A DNA stretch of 64,000 nucleotides from Escherichia coli (lineage in GTDB: Bacteria; Pseudomonadota; Gammaproteobacteria; Enterobacterales; Enterobacteriaceae). The notes below the pieces were generated by a model. The model saw nothing but the letters and a program-made list of their open reading frames with translations. It made no database searches and was not told where the DNA came from. Within the stretch, counting starts at the first letter, position 1. Each line of letters opens with the position of its first letter. Below, one piece after another: positions 45,813-57,388 of the stretch. Both the position numbers and the translations under genes were made by a program. Location: assembly GCF_024223415.1 (NCBI RefSeq), contig NZ_CP100500.1. The stretch is one strand, 5' to 3'.

Positions 45813-46325
45813 ATGCTTACAATGATATTTAACCGCCTGAAACTTGCGGTAGACCGCGTCATTGCCGCGTTTTCTGTCGCCGTCATGCTTGCTCTGGTTG
45901 TATGCGTAGTCTGGCAAGTATTTAGCCGCTACGTACTTAACCAGCCAAGTACATTAACCGATGAGCTGGCACGCTTTTTGATGATCTGGGTAGGATTATT
46001 AGGTGCTGCATATACCGTCGGCGCGCAGAGACATCTCTCTATCGATTTATTTGCTCTCGCCCTGAATAAGCGCAAGCAATTACTTCTTAGTATAGTCATT
46101 AACATTCTCATTTTAGGTTTTGCCGGTTCGGTCATTGTGACTGGTGGCCTGAAATTAATTGATAAAACACTGGCAACATCACAGGTATCTGCCGCGATGC
46201 AAATACCGATGGGATACGTATATATCATTCTGCCATTAAGTGGATTGGTGATGATGTTTTATGCCTTGTGTTTTATTAATCAAAGCATTCAACAACTGAA
46301 ACAACCTGCGCAGGAGGCCAGTTAA
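45813..46325 (+). CDS. TRAP transporter small permease (DctQ family)
   Basis: 170 aa, four predicted TM helices. Confidence 0.8.
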   Translation: MLTMIFNRLKLAVDRVIAAFSVAVMLALVVCVVWQVFSRYVLNQPSTLTDELARFLMIWVGLLGAAYTVGAQRHLSIDLFALALNKRKQLLLSIVINILILGFAGSVIVTGGLKLIDKTLATSQVSAAMQIPMGYVYIILPLSGLVMMFYALCFINQSIQQLKQPAQEAS

Positions 46326-47626
46326 TGGATAGTTATATCGCGCTTACACTATTTGGCTGTTTTTTTGTGCTGGTCTTTATTGGTGTGCCCATTTCGTTCT
46401 CAATCGGTATTGCGACTGTAGCTTCAATGCTGTTGATGTTTCCCTGGGATATCGCGGCAATCACTGTTTCGCAACGATTGGCTAATGGACTGGATAACTT
46501 TGCCCTGTTGGCAATCCCCTTTTTCATCTTTGCCGGAACACTGATGAACAGCGGCGGTATTGCGATACGTTTGATTAACCTCGCCCAGGTAATGGTTGGC
46601 CGCGTTCCTGGTTCGCTTGGTCATGTGAACGTCCTGGCGAATATGATGTTTGGTTCCATTTCTGGTTCAGCCGTTGCGGCAGCTGCTGCCGTTGGTGGCA
46701 CACTGAATCCCATTCAGACCAAAGAAGGTTATGATCCGGCATTTTCTACCGCTGTAAACGTCTCATCTTGTATTACTGGATTACTGATACCGCCCTCAAA
46801 CGTGTTAATTGTATTTTCCCTGACAGCTGGCGGCGTTTCTGTAGCATCGCTATTTATGGCGGGATATTTGCCAGGGATCTTAATGGGTCTCGCGGTAATG
46901 ATAGTCTGCGGCATTATTGCTAAACGCCGTGGCTACCCACTTTCAGAAAGAGCAACCTTTGCTCAGGCATGTAAAGCGTTTCTGGATGCCTTACCAAGTT
47001 TGCTTCTGGTGTTCATTGTAATGGGCGGCATTCTGGGCGGCATTTTTACCGCAACTGAAGCGTCAGCAATTGCCGTGGTCTACACATTTATTCTCTCGGT
47101 GCTGATTTACCGGGAAGTAAAATGGCGCGATTTACCCAAACTGATTCTGGAGTCGGTTGTTACCACTTCGATTGTATTACTGTTGATCGGTTTTTCCGTG
47201 GGCATGTCCTGGGCAATGACCAATGCTGATATTCCTTATATGATCAGCGACGCGTTGATGGGGATTTCTGATAACCCACTGGTCATATTGCTGCTGATTA
47301 ATATCGTCTTATTAATTGTCGGCATCTTTATGGACATGACACCGGCTGTACTAATCTTCACACCAATCTTCTTGCCGATTGCACAAGAGCTGGGAATGGA
47401 TCCGGTACATTTCGGTATTATGATGGTGGCCAACCTTTGTATTGGGCTGTTAACACCGCCGGTGGGTAGTGCGCTATTTGTTGGTTGTTCTATTTCAGGT
47501 GTGAAGATTCAACATTTGCTTAGACCATTGCTACCCTTTTATACAGCATTGCTAGTCGCATTGATGATGATCACTTACATTCCACAAATCTCTTTATTTA
47601 TCCCACAATTTCTAGGGCTGATGTAA
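46325..47626 (+). CDS. TRAP transporter large permease (DctM family)
   Basis: 433-aa polytopic membrane protein, abuts dctQ. Confidence 0.85.
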   Translation: MDSYIALTLFGCFFVLVFIGVPISFSIGIATVASMLLMFPWDIAAITVSQRLANGLDNFALLAIPFFIFAGTLMNSGGIAIRLINLAQVMVGRVPGSLGHVNVLANMMFGSISGSAVAAAAAVGGTLNPIQTKEGYDPAFSTAVNVSSCITGLLIPPSNVLIVFSLTAGGVSVASLFMAGYLPGILMGLAVMIVCGIIAKRRGYPLSERATFAQACKAFLDALPSLLLVFIVMGGILGGIFTATEASAIAVVYTFILSVLIYREVKWRDLPKLILESVVTTSIVLLLIGFSVGMSWAMTNADIPYMISDALMGISDNPLVILLLINIVLLIVGIFMDMTPAVLIFTPIFLPIAQELGMDPVHFGIMMVANLCIGLLTPPVGSALFVGCSISGVKIQHLLRPLLPFYTALLVALMMITYIPQISLFIPQFLGLM

Positions 47627-47638
47627 ATAATTAATAGC

Positions 47639-47660
47639 CGGACAATTTTTATTGTCCGGT
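47639..47660 (+). terminator. Hairpin after dctM (CCGGACAAT tttt ATTGTCCGG)
   Basis: 9-bp perfect stem 12 bp after the stop; only a short A/T tail follows. Confidence 0.4.
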
Positions 47661-47670
47661 AAAATTCATC

Positions 47671-47764
47671 GTAAGCGCTCCTTCTGTGCCGTCTTGTGGT
47701 GGTTGTCCTGTCTGGCAACAATCGCGTCCATCTATTGATGGACACGAACGATGAATTCTCAGAC
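47671..47764 (+). mobile_element. IS66-family left-end fragment truncated by IS2
   Basis: GTAAGCGCTCC terminus and an 80-bp match to 37738-37825, ending at the orf1 start codon where IS2 begins. Confidence 0.6.
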
Positions 47765-47775
47765 TGGATTTGCCC

Positions 47776-48681
47776 CTATATTTCCAGACACCTGTTATCA
47801 CTTAACCCATTACTGGCTTGCTGCCGTAGATATTCCCGTGGCGAGCGATAACCCAGTGCACTATGCGGATGCCATTCGTTATAATGCTCGAACGCCTCTG
47901 CAAGGTTCTTTGCTGCCGTTAACCCGTCTGGTTTAGGCATGATACTGATGTAGTCACGCTTTATCGTTTTCACGAAGCTCTCTGCTATGCCGTTACTCTC
48001 CGGACTCCGCACCGCCGTGCTCTTCGGTTCAAGCCCCAACATCCGGGCAAACTGCCGTGTTTCATTAGCCCGGTAGCATGAACCATTATCCGTCAGCCAC
48101 TCTACTGGAGACGCCGGAAGCTCGTTGCCGAAGCGGCGTTCCACCGCTCCTGGCATGACGTCCTGTACTGTTTCACTGTTGAAGCCGCCCGTAGTGACCG
48201 CCCAGTGCAGTGCCTCACGGTCACAGCAGTCCAGCGCGAACGTGACTCGCAGTTTTTCTCCGTTATCACAGCGGAACTCGAACCCGTCAGAGCACCATCG
48301 CTGATTACTTTCTTTCACAGCCACTCTGCCTGTATGTGCCCGTTTCGATGGCGGTACAGCAGGTTTTCGCTCAAGCAACAGCGCATTCTGGCGCATGATC
48401 CGGTAAACACGTTTGGCATTGATCGCAGGCATACCATCAAGTTCTGCCTGTCTGCGAAGCAGCGCCCATACCCGACGATAACCATACGTGGGCAGCTCTC
48501 CGATAACATGGTGTATACGGAGAAGCACATCCGTATCATCTGAGTGACGGCTGCGGCGACCATCTTTCCAGTCATCGGTTCGTCTGAGAATGACGTGCAA
48601 CTGCGCACGCGACACCCGGAGACAACGGCTGACTAAGCTTACTCCCCATCCCCGGGCAATAAGGGCGCGTGCGCTATCCAC
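47776..48681 (-). CDS. insD: IS2 transposase InsD
   Basis: 301 aa with DDE motifs. Confidence 0.9.
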   Translation of the reverse strand: MDSARALIARGWGVSLVSRCLRVSRAQLHVILRRTDDWKDGRRSRHSDDTDVLLRIHHVIGELPTYGYRRVWALLRRQAELDGMPAINAKRVYRIMRQNALLLERKPAVPPSKRAHTGRVAVKESNQRWCSDGFEFRCDNGEKLRVTFALDCCDREALHWAVTTGGFNSETVQDVMPGAVERRFGNELPASPVEWLTDNGSCYRANETRQFARMLGLEPKSTAVRSPESNGIAESFVKTIKRDYISIMPKPDGLTAAKNLAEAFEHYNEWHPHSALGYRSPREYLRQQASNGLSDNRCLEI

Positions 48682-49004
48682 TTTTTTGCCCGTCCATATT
48701 CAACGGCTTCTTTGAGGAGTTCATTTTCCATCGTTTTCTTGCCGAGCAGGCGCTGGAGTTCTTTAATCTGCTTCATGGCGGCAGCAAGTTCAGAGGCAGG
48801 AACAACCTGTTCTCCGGCGGCGACAGCAGTAAGACTTCCTTCCTGGTATTGCTTACGCCAGAGAAATAACTGGCTGGCTGCTACACCATGTTGCCGGGCA
48901 ACGAGGGAGACCGTCATCCCCGGTTCAAAGCTCTGCTGAACAATTGCGATCTTTTCCTGTGTGGTAAGCCGTCTGCGTTTCTCCGGTCCTAAGACATCAA
49001 TCAT
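48639..49004 (-). CDS. insC: IS2 InsC
   Basis: 121 aa from [12 protein letters not shown]... Confidence 0.85.
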   Translation of the reverse strand: MIDVLGPEKRRRLTTQEKIAIVQQSFEPGMTVSLVARQHGVAASQLFLWRKQYQEGSLTAVAAGEQVVPASELAAAMKQIKELQRLLGKKTMENELLKEAVEYGRAKKWIAHAPLLPGDGE

Positions 49005-49095
49005 CTGCTCTCCAATGACTAGTCTAAAAACTAGTATTAAGACTATCACTTATTTAAGTGATATTGGTTGTCTGGAGATTCAGGGGGCCAGTCTA

Positions 49096-49190
49096 TTCGG
49101 CAGCACTGTTGCCCTGTATCGAACAGGCCAGAGAGGATGTCCGTACCCTGCGTCATCTGCAGCTTCTGCACCAGAACCGGTGAATATCAC
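49096..49190 (+). pseudogene. 3' fragment of a yeeW-like gene cut by IS2
   Basis: Encodes ...[28 protein letters not shown], matching the C-terminus of YeeW at 685-1038. Confidence 0.5.
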
Positions 49191-49211
49191 TCACCACGCT
49201 TCATTACCCTG

Positions 49212-49243
49212 ACGCCAGCCTGAATACGGCTGGCGTTTTCGTT
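49212..49243 (+). terminator. Rho-independent terminator-like hairpin
   Basis: CGCCAGCC tgaatac GGCTGGCG followed by TTTTCGTTT. Confidence 0.5.
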
Positions 49244-49260
49244 TATAAACCAAAAGGAAA

Positions 49261-49420
49261 AATGATGATGTCAGATACCACACTCTCCCGCCCGGAGGTG
49301 GTCAGCGGGCATACGGACGTTATCTATTCCACCTCAGTCTGCCACATTCTGGCTGTACGAAAGAGTACACTGTTGCCAATCGACACAATTATCCGGCATC
49401 AAGTGAGCGATATCAGTTAA
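49261..49420 (+). pseudogene. Truncated second copy of the DUF4942-like gene
   Basis: MMMSDTTLSRPEVVSGHTDVIYSTSVCHILAVRKSTLLPIDTIIR then diverges and stops; paralogous to the minus-strand gene at 1-600. Confidence 0.5.
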
Positions 49421-49820
49421 CCGATATAGATGGGGAAGATGCTTTTATCCGGATTGGATCTATCGCGATGGTGCGAGTACCACTTGATGCAATGGAGCCT
49501 GTCGAGGCAGATGACGAGTAACAGAGCTCGGTATCTCAATCAGGACCTGATTGTCCTGGTTCGATGCCGAAAACCAGTGATTTTTCGTGTTGGTATCTGT
49601 GTTGGTATAGGATGGTGTTGTTTATTATTAACAATTTTAAATCATGAGGTTAAATCGCATGTTTGAGTCAGGCCTTCGCATCAATATCAAAACAATCAAT
49701 AAATAAGTCCTTTAACCTAGCCACGACCAATCATTGATCAACCACGAAATCCTCTCCGAAACACAGTCCCAATCCCTAAACCCTACGCTCAACATCGAAA
49801 CCCGCTTATCACCATCCCCC

Positions 49821-50690
49821 TCATCCCCTGAACACCTCCCGCCGGTGCCACGCCACAAACCCCTCCTGGGGATAGCATTCTTTCCCCATCGGCAAGGTAA
49901 TCGGCTTACCATCAAAATCCCAGAACAACCTGCCAACGATGCCTCCGCCGTTCACCGCCGGCGAAACCTGGATGCGCATATCCTCATCCAGACCAATGGA
50001 TCCTTTATCAAAATCCTTATGGTGAATCGCGCAGAGCGCCAGGCCGTTAGGGATTTCGCAGGGGCCGCCGTGCTGCTTCCACTTGATATGGGCCGCTTCC
50101 AGGGCGACGGAGGTATTATCATGGCGCATATTGAAGCCGCAGATAGCGCACTCATAGTTATAGGCGCGCAGCACCTGCTGGCGAAAATGCGGGTCGCGCT
50201 CTTTGCGGATCTGCAGCAGATCAAACCCCATCTCTTCAGCCAGTTCTTCCTGAATACTCTCCGGAAAGTGCGCCTCAAGGATCTGATGGGCGAGGGTATT
50301 GATCAGCTTCTTATTTCTGTTAAGTAACGCAAAATGCTGCTCATCAAAGCCGCCGGCGACGTGGCAGAGCTCCAGCTCTTTGCCGGGCGGCTGTCGGCTG
50401 CCCTGGGTTGAGCACTGTTCGCTGTTGTGTAGCTCCCAGAAGCCGTCGCCTTTCAGGCGCCAGAAGGGCATGTCCGGCCGGTACTGGCGGCGCTGCGGGC
50501 CAAAGCGTTCCAGCAGGCTATGCAGCTCATCACGTATCTCCGAGGCGTAGTCGAACATCCGCGCATGGCCGCGCTGGTATTGCGAGAGGACGTACAGCAG
50601 CAATAGTGGTTTATGCGGCGCACGCTGTTCGCCTTTGCGCCAGATGGTGATGTTCTCGATCGCGTGTTGCAGGGTCGTGCTGGAGGGCAT
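49821..50690 (-). CDS. HNH endonuclease with N-terminal recognition-like domain (putative type IV restriction enzyme)
   Basis: C-terminal HNH motif ECAICGF...AAHIKW...NGLALCAIHHKDFD; GC-rich; start at MPSSTTLQ. Confidence 0.75.
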   Translation of the reverse strand: MPSSTTLQHAIENITIWRKGEQRAPHKPLLLLYVLSQYQRGHARMFDYASEIRDELHSLLERFGPQRRQYRPDMPFWRLKGDGFWELHNSEQCSTQGSRQPPGKELELCHVAGGFDEQHFALLNRNKKLINTLAHQILEAHFPESIQEELAEEMGFDLLQIRKERDPHFRQQVLRAYNYECAICGFNMRHDNTSVALEAAHIKWKQHGGPCEIPNGLALCAIHHKDFDKGSIGLDEDMRIQVSPAVNGGGIVGRLFWDFDGKPITLPMGKECYPQEGFVAWHRREVFRG

Positions 50691-50869
50691 AGCGTTACAT
50701 TGGCAGCTAAATAAATGCGATGATGCTCGCAAAATCCTTGCCGATCAACCTACCAGATGCGGCGATTCTACGTGGATCGCGATTTAATTATCACTGCCAG
50801 TTATTTGTTCGAAAAGACCATAGCTTTCTATTTATACTCAAGCTTCGCGCCATCAGATAGCTATGTCTT

Positions 50870-51508
50870 ATGAAAAAACTACCGGACCATTTATCCAGGG
50901 AATGCATCATCGCCGCCATTCGCGCTTACGATGCAGGCGTTGCGCATCAGTTTAAAAGCGCGCGTCTGTATGAGATCGAGTTTGAGGGGCGTCGGTATCC
51001 TTCAAAAGCCATCGTCGGGTTAGCGGCCACGCTTGCGACGGGAACGGAATTTACCCCGGCGGATTTCAGCGGGGGGATTAAATCAAAATGCGTGCGTCTG
51101 TTACTGGAGCAAGGATTTACGATCGCGTCGCAGGGCGCTGGCGATGACGAGGTTGCGCTTTTCCCCGATGAGGGGCAGACGACCATGGAGTACGTGGAAG
51201 GGGCGGCGTTGCAGGTGGTGGTCAATCGCTATGAGCGCGACCGTCAGGCTCGTCAGGCGGCGCTTCGCCTGCATGGCTGCCAGTGTCAGGTATGCGGTCT
51301 GGATATGGCCAGCCGCTATGGCGATATCGGCCAGGGCTTTATCCATATCCACCATCTCATCCCGCTGGCCGGGATAAAGCAGGACTACCGCCTGAACCCT
51401 GAAACCGATCTGATCCCGGTATGTCCCAACTGCCATGCGATGCTGCACCGGCGAGATCCGCCGTTTACCCCCGAAGAGCTGAAGGCCCGGCTGCGCCCCA
51501 CAGACTGA
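50870..51508 (+). CDS. McrA-like HNH endonuclease
   Basis: C-terminal CQVCG...HIHHLIPLAG...DLIPVCPNCHAMLH resembles the E. coli McrA HNH region; divergent from the preceding gene. Confidence 0.75.
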   Translation: MKKLPDHLSRECIIAAIRAYDAGVAHQFKSARLYEIEFEGRRYPSKAIVGLAATLATGTEFTPADFSGGIKSKCVRLLLEQGFTIASQGAGDDEVALFPDEGQTTMEYVEGAALQVVVNRYERDRQARQAALRLHGCQCQVCGLDMASRYGDIGQGFIHIHHLIPLAGIKQDYRLNPETDLIPVCPNCHAMLHRRDPPFTPEELKARLRPTD

Positions 51509-51590
51509 CATCCGACAGCGCTCGCTTTAATTACATCAAACACACCACAAACCCCACGCTACCTTACCGGTAGCGTGGGCCCACTCTCTT

Positions 51591-53270
51591 TTACTTATCC
51601 CGCGTCTCGCCAGCCTCCCAGCTGTAGCTGCCATCGGCCGCTAAGCTATCGCCCAGCTCCTGATACTCGAACTGATAAAACTCAGCCTGGGTGCCGTACC
51701 CGGCGTAGTCTACCGCCGCCAGGCCGACGAACGCCCCGGTAAAGAACCCGCCGTAGCTCTGCAACACATAGTCATCGGACAGCACCGCGGCATCCAGCTG
51801 GACCGGGATCTCGGTGAACGTCACGCCATCGAAGCTGTATTCATAGCTGTAGGTCTGCTTGCGGACTTTGGTCCGGAACCAGACGTATTCCACGCCGTCC
51901 GGCACCTTGATGGCGTTATCTTTCAGGTACGACGTGTATTTCCCGCGGTTATTTTCGCCGACTTCGATGACCTTGCCGTTAATTTCATTCCAGGTCAGGA
52001 AGACGAAGCTCCAGTGGCGGTCGTTATAGTAATTCGTTAACCCGGCCATCTGCTGGTAGCTGAAGGGCTCGAATTTCACCTTCACCGCGGCGTCAAAATA
52101 GAAGGCCTGCCAGCGGCGGGCAATCAGCGACAGATCATGCGTATTGGCTAACGAGCCCTGGCCGATTAAGGTTAATTTGCCGTTACCGGTGGTGCCCATT
52201 TTGGCCGTAAACGGCACCCGCAGGGTATTCCAGTTCGGGTCGAGGGCTGGCGACGTAAAGTCATCCTGCTGGCTATTATCGCTGGCGCTTTCGGTGAAGA
52301 TGGCGTCTTTCGGTCCTTCGACGAAGGTTTTCCCGCCGTGACCGCCTTCAATACGCGGCCAGCCCTCGTCATCCCAGTACACTTTCTGGATCGCGGTTTC
52401 CCGGCCGAGGGTTGACCAGCCGCGCGGGTCGTAGATGGATTCCCCCGGGCGATTCCACGGCCGGGCGCAGAGCGAGGCGTAATACCATTCGCCTTCCGGG
52501 GTGGAGACCAGCGCGCCATGGCCCTGTTTCTGGATGTAGCTGTCCGGGGTGTCGACGTTGGTTAAGAACACGTCGCCCGGCTCGGTTTCAAAGCTGTCGG
52601 CCTCGAGGGTTTTCGACCGCGCCACCACCTCCTGGTGGGTAAACACGGTGCCGCCCTGGGCGGCAAACAGGTAGTAGTAGCCGTTCAGTTTATAGAGGTG
52701 CGGCCCCTCGACCAGCGCTACGGCGGTGCCGCGGTAGATGGTGCGCGCGGTTTCCGGCATTAACTTCAGCGTGTTGGTATCCAGCTCCGTTAAGGTAATG
52801 CCATCGAAGGGGTGATGGTACTCCCGGTGATCCCAGGTTTGCTGGACGATATATTTCCGGCCATCGTCGTCATGGAACAGCGAGGCGTCAAACCCGACTC
52901 CGTTCAGCTTGATCGGGTCGCTCCACGGGCCCCGAATATCCTTCGCGGTGGTCAGGTAGTTGGTCATGTCTTTGAAGGCGCCTTCGGTGACCTTCACATC
53001 GGTATACACCAACCAGAATTGCCCGTCGGCCCAGGAGAGCGCCGGCGCCCAAATGCCGCCGGAGGAGGGGTTGCCCTTCATGTCCAGCAGGGTGGTGGTG
53101 GAGAGCGGCGAAGGCAGCAGGTTCCAGTTTTTCAGGTCTTTCGACTCATGTAAACGCACGCCCGGAAACCACTCAAACGTCGAGTTGGCAATATAGTACG
53201 TATCCTCGACGCGAATAATACTGGGGTCGGCATTAAAGCCGCGTAATATCGGGTTTTGAATAAGTGACAT
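51591..53270 (-). CDS. xynB: Glycoside hydrolase family 43 beta-xylosidase (XynB/YagH-like)
   Basis: 559 aa; N-terminal GH43 five-bladed propeller motifs (NPILRGFNADPSI, WLVYTD). Confidence 0.85.
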   Translation of the reverse strand: MSLIQNPILRGFNADPSIIRVEDTYYIANSTFEWFPGVRLHESKDLKNWNLLPSPLSTTTLLDMKGNPSSGGIWAPALSWADGQFWLVYTDVKVTEGAFKDMTNYLTTAKDIRGPWSDPIKLNGVGFDASLFHDDDGRKYIVQQTWDHREYHHPFDGITLTELDTNTLKLMPETARTIYRGTAVALVEGPHLYKLNGYYYLFAAQGGTVFTHQEVVARSKTLEADSFETEPGDVFLTNVDTPDSYIQKQGHGALVSTPEGEWYYASLCARPWNRPGESIYDPRGWSTLGRETAIQKVYWDDEGWPRIEGGHGGKTFVEGPKDAIFTESASDNSQQDDFTSPALDPNWNTLRVPFTAKMGTTGNGKLTLIGQGSLANTHDLSLIARRWQAFYFDAAVKVKFEPFSYQQMAGLTNYYNDRHWSFVFLTWNEINGKVIEVGENNRGKYTSYLKDNAIKVPDGVEYVWFRTKVRKQTYSYEYSFDGVTFTEIPVQLDAAVLSDDYVLQSYGGFFTGAFVGLAAVDYAGYGTQAEFYQFEYQELGDSLAADGSYSWEAGETRDK

Positions 53271-53328
53271 TTCATTACACCTTTTAAAATGGAAAGTGAC
53301 GAATCGGTCTGATTTATAATTTTTTTAA

Positions 53329-54783
53329 CTACACGCGGATCTCATCCAGCTGACGGTTGATGTCGGTAACATGTTTATCGGAGATCGGATAAACCTGGAT
53401 AATCACCATCGAAATAGCGGCCAGCGCGATCGGGATCCACACCGCGGTCATAATGATCCCGTCGATGGCGCTGGCGCTCTGCACGGCGCCGCTTTCATTA
53501 AAGCCATACACCGCCAGCAGCCACAGCGGGATCGCGCCGCCGATGGTGAAGCCGATCTTGAAGAAGAGTCCCATAATGGCATTGATAATGGCGGCATTGC
53601 GTTTGCCAGATTTTAATTCGCCGTACGCGATGACTTCCGGTACCAGCGCCCACATAAAGCCGGTGGCGGAGGTTAAGCCCCACTGTTTAATAAAGGTGGC
53701 GATGTAGGCCAGCCACAGGGCGTCGTGCATCCCTTCGCGGGACCAGACGTAGGTCAGCAGTTCGCCGACGATAAACATGGCGAGGAACAGATGGAAGAAG
53801 CCTTTTTTACCAAAGATTTTTTTCAGTTTCGGCCAGAAAATCGGGAAGGCGATGCCGGGAATAGACGCGACGAGACCCACCGCGCCCATCCATTCGGAGT
53901 GGCCGACGACGTACTGGTTGAAGAAGCCGTTAACAGTGTTCATGAAGAACATGAAGGTAAAGGCCAGCATAAAGAACATGCCCAGAATAACCAGCGGGCG
54001 GTTATGTCGGAGCTCGTGGAAAAGGTCGGTGGTTTTGACGTTGGCGGTCTGCTCGGCGGTCGCGACAACGCGTTCTTTGGTGAATTTATAACAGATAAAC
54101 AGAGCCACCGCGCCGATGATCATATAGATGGCGTACACGCCAAACCAGGCGTAATTTGCCGACGGATCGGCATAATTCCCCAGATTCAGCTCAAGGCCAA
54201 AAAAGCCGGTGTCTTTCAGGCTGCGATCTTTCGGCGCCGCCATCTGCACAAACATCGGGAACAGGGTATAGACCAGCAGGTTGGCGCTGTTGGCCAGCAT
54301 CATGCGGGTACTGGTCAGTTTATCGATCGATTCCGGGTCGCGGGTCAGCGACGCATTCAGCGAGCCATAGGGAATATTGACTAAGGAATAAACCAGGTCC
54401 AGCGCCAGATAAATAATAAAGGCGAAAGCCACCGAACCTTTCACTCCGGGGATGGGCGCGAACAGTAATGCCGAGAGGATCACCAGCGGCACGCCGGCTC
54501 GTAACAGCCACGGACGATATTTCCCTGCCTTCGAGGTTCGTTTATCCACGTAGGTGCCGACCATCGGATCCCAAAACACGTTAATTATGCGGACAAAAAG
54601 AAAAATAAAGCCTGCCGTTGCCGTGCTGATGGTATTTACCGTCAGCATATGCAAAGCCAGAAAACCCCCAATTGTGCCGAAAACCAGGTTTTGCGCAAAG
54701 TCGCCCATGCCATAACCAATTCGTTCTCCACGGGTTAATTTATGATATTCATCATGCCGACTGTGCATTATGTTTTTACTCAT
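53329..54783 (-). CDS. xynT: Glycoside-pentoside-hexuronide:cation symporter (xyloside transporter XynT/YagG-like)
   Basis: 12-TM GPH-family transporter upstream of xynB; start at MSKNIM after a GGAG ribosome-binding site. Confidence 0.85.
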   Translation of the reverse strand: MSKNIMHSRHDEYHKLTRGERIGYGMGDFAQNLVFGTIGGFLALHMLTVNTISTATAGFIFLFVRIINVFWDPMVGTYVDKRTSKAGKYRPWLLRAGVPLVILSALLFAPIPGVKGSVAFAFIIYLALDLVYSLVNIPYGSLNASLTRDPESIDKLTSTRMMLANSANLLVYTLFPMFVQMAAPKDRSLKDTGFFGLELNLGNYADPSANYAWFGVYAIYMIIGAVALFICYKFTKERVVATAEQTANVKTTDLFHELRHNRPLVILGMFFMLAFTFMFFMNTVNGFFNQYVVGHSEWMGAVGLVASIPGIAFPIFWPKLKKIFGKKGFFHLFLAMFIVGELLTYVWSREGMHDALWLAYIATFIKQWGLTSATGFMWALVPEVIAYGELKSGKRNAAIINAIMGLFFKIGFTIGGAIPLWLLAVYGFNESGAVQSASAIDGIIMTAVWIPIALAAISMVIIQVYPISDKHVTDINRQLDEIRV

Positions 54784-55194
54784 TCTAAGCAGACTCCGGT
54801 TTGTTTTGTGTAGGTGAAACACTTTCTGACACAGTTGACATGGAAGAATCTATTACGTTTTTAAATTAAGTAATTATGTTTTTTTACTTCTGTGATCCTC
54901 GAAGCAAAGGCCTGTATCACCTGCGTTGAGCCGCCATCCGCCGCTAATTTTTTGGCAGACAGGCAATGTGACAAAACCGGCATTTTAATTCGCTATGCCC
55001 ACCTGAATTCCCCAGGAAGTGTACTCTATACGCGCGCGAAGCGAGATATTTAAAATAGTTTTATTTGCGAGATGGCTCACATTTGAGCATTTTCTCAATC
55101 GCTGAGTGAAATAACGTAATTGAGCAACCGACGATGAGAATACACGATGTGTCACAGTTGTTAATTTTCGGCTTCCTCAATTTCGGAGTTCATC

Positions 55195-56514
<1,320 letters not shown>

Positions 56515-56524
56515 ATTTGGCTGA

Positions 56525-56544
56525 CATGCCCCTGCGGGGGCATG
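56525..56544 (+). terminator. Hairpin after xylA (CATGCCCC tgcg GGGGCATG)
   Basis: 8-bp perfect stem 11 bp after the stop; weak T tail. Confidence 0.4.
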
Positions 56545-56844
56545 TATTCCGCCGTGTGCCCGCTGCCGGGAAATAGCGTTTATTTGTTCGTGTTGTATTT
56601 ATGCTGTCTGTGCCGAAAGGCTATCTGTTTGACTGTCTATAGAGGAACAATCCGCCGCGCGGATGGTTCTGCCATTGTGCCACCTTTTTAATATCAGTGA
56701 GGGAGGGCGAGTAGCGATAATTGTGTAATGCCTCTGTGACCGTACAAAATAAAAAATAATTTGTTCTGATGATAGCGACATATTCTGTCAGCTCAGAATA
56801 GGCTGGTTATTGTCTGAATAAAATTAACCTATATTGAGAAACTC

Positions 56845-57156
56845 ATGACAATGATAAAAAAACTTCCATTAACCATGGCGGTTATCGCCGCGTTTTTTCC
56901 GCTTACCTCTGTAATGGCGCAAGAATTTACTCAGGAACAGATCGACGCCATCGTCGCCAAAGCCGTTGATAAAGCGCTGGCCGAGCAAATTGACGCCTTG
57001 AAAGCCGCCGCCCGTGAATGCGGTCCGTTACCCGATGAGCCGTTTATTCAGATGGCGTTTCTTTCTCTGCCAGTGATCCCCGCGCTGAAACTAACCAGTC
57101 AGGGGCTATTTGATGGCGAGAAGTTTGCCTTCACCACGCTGGAAGTCACGGAATGA
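56845..57156 (+). CDS. Small ORF with porin-like signal peptide and N-terminus (possible truncated porin paralogue)
   Basis: First ~50 aa ([47 protein letters not shown]) parallel the N-terminus of the porin at 62214, then diverge. Confidence 0.4.
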   Translation: MTMIKKLPLTMAVIAAFFPLTSVMAQEFTQEQIDAIVAKAVDKALAEQIDALKAAARECGPLPDEPFIQMAFLSLPVIPALKLTSQGLFDGEKFAFTTLEVTE

Positions 57157-57388
57157 AAAAAAGACCGTATTAGCTGATTTACGGAAAATATGTACTCCAC
57201 AAGCGTCAATATCAGACGAGGCCTGGGAAAAGATAATGTTGTCTGATGAAAGTAATCAGCAGCACATCCGTGAGGCTATTGTGGCGATGGAACGCAATAA
57301 CCAGAACAATTACTGGGAAGCGTTAGGCAAGGTTGAATGCCCGGATATGTAGACGTGAAGCTGCAGCTTCACGTCATACATTTAGCAC

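Larger units (their letters stand above)
47765..49095 (-). mobile_element. IS2 (1331 bp)
   Basis: Ends TGGATTTGCCCC (47765) and, reverse-complemented, TAGACTGGCCCCCTGAATCTCCAGACAACC (49095); insC and insD nearly identical to IS2. Confidence 0.9.
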
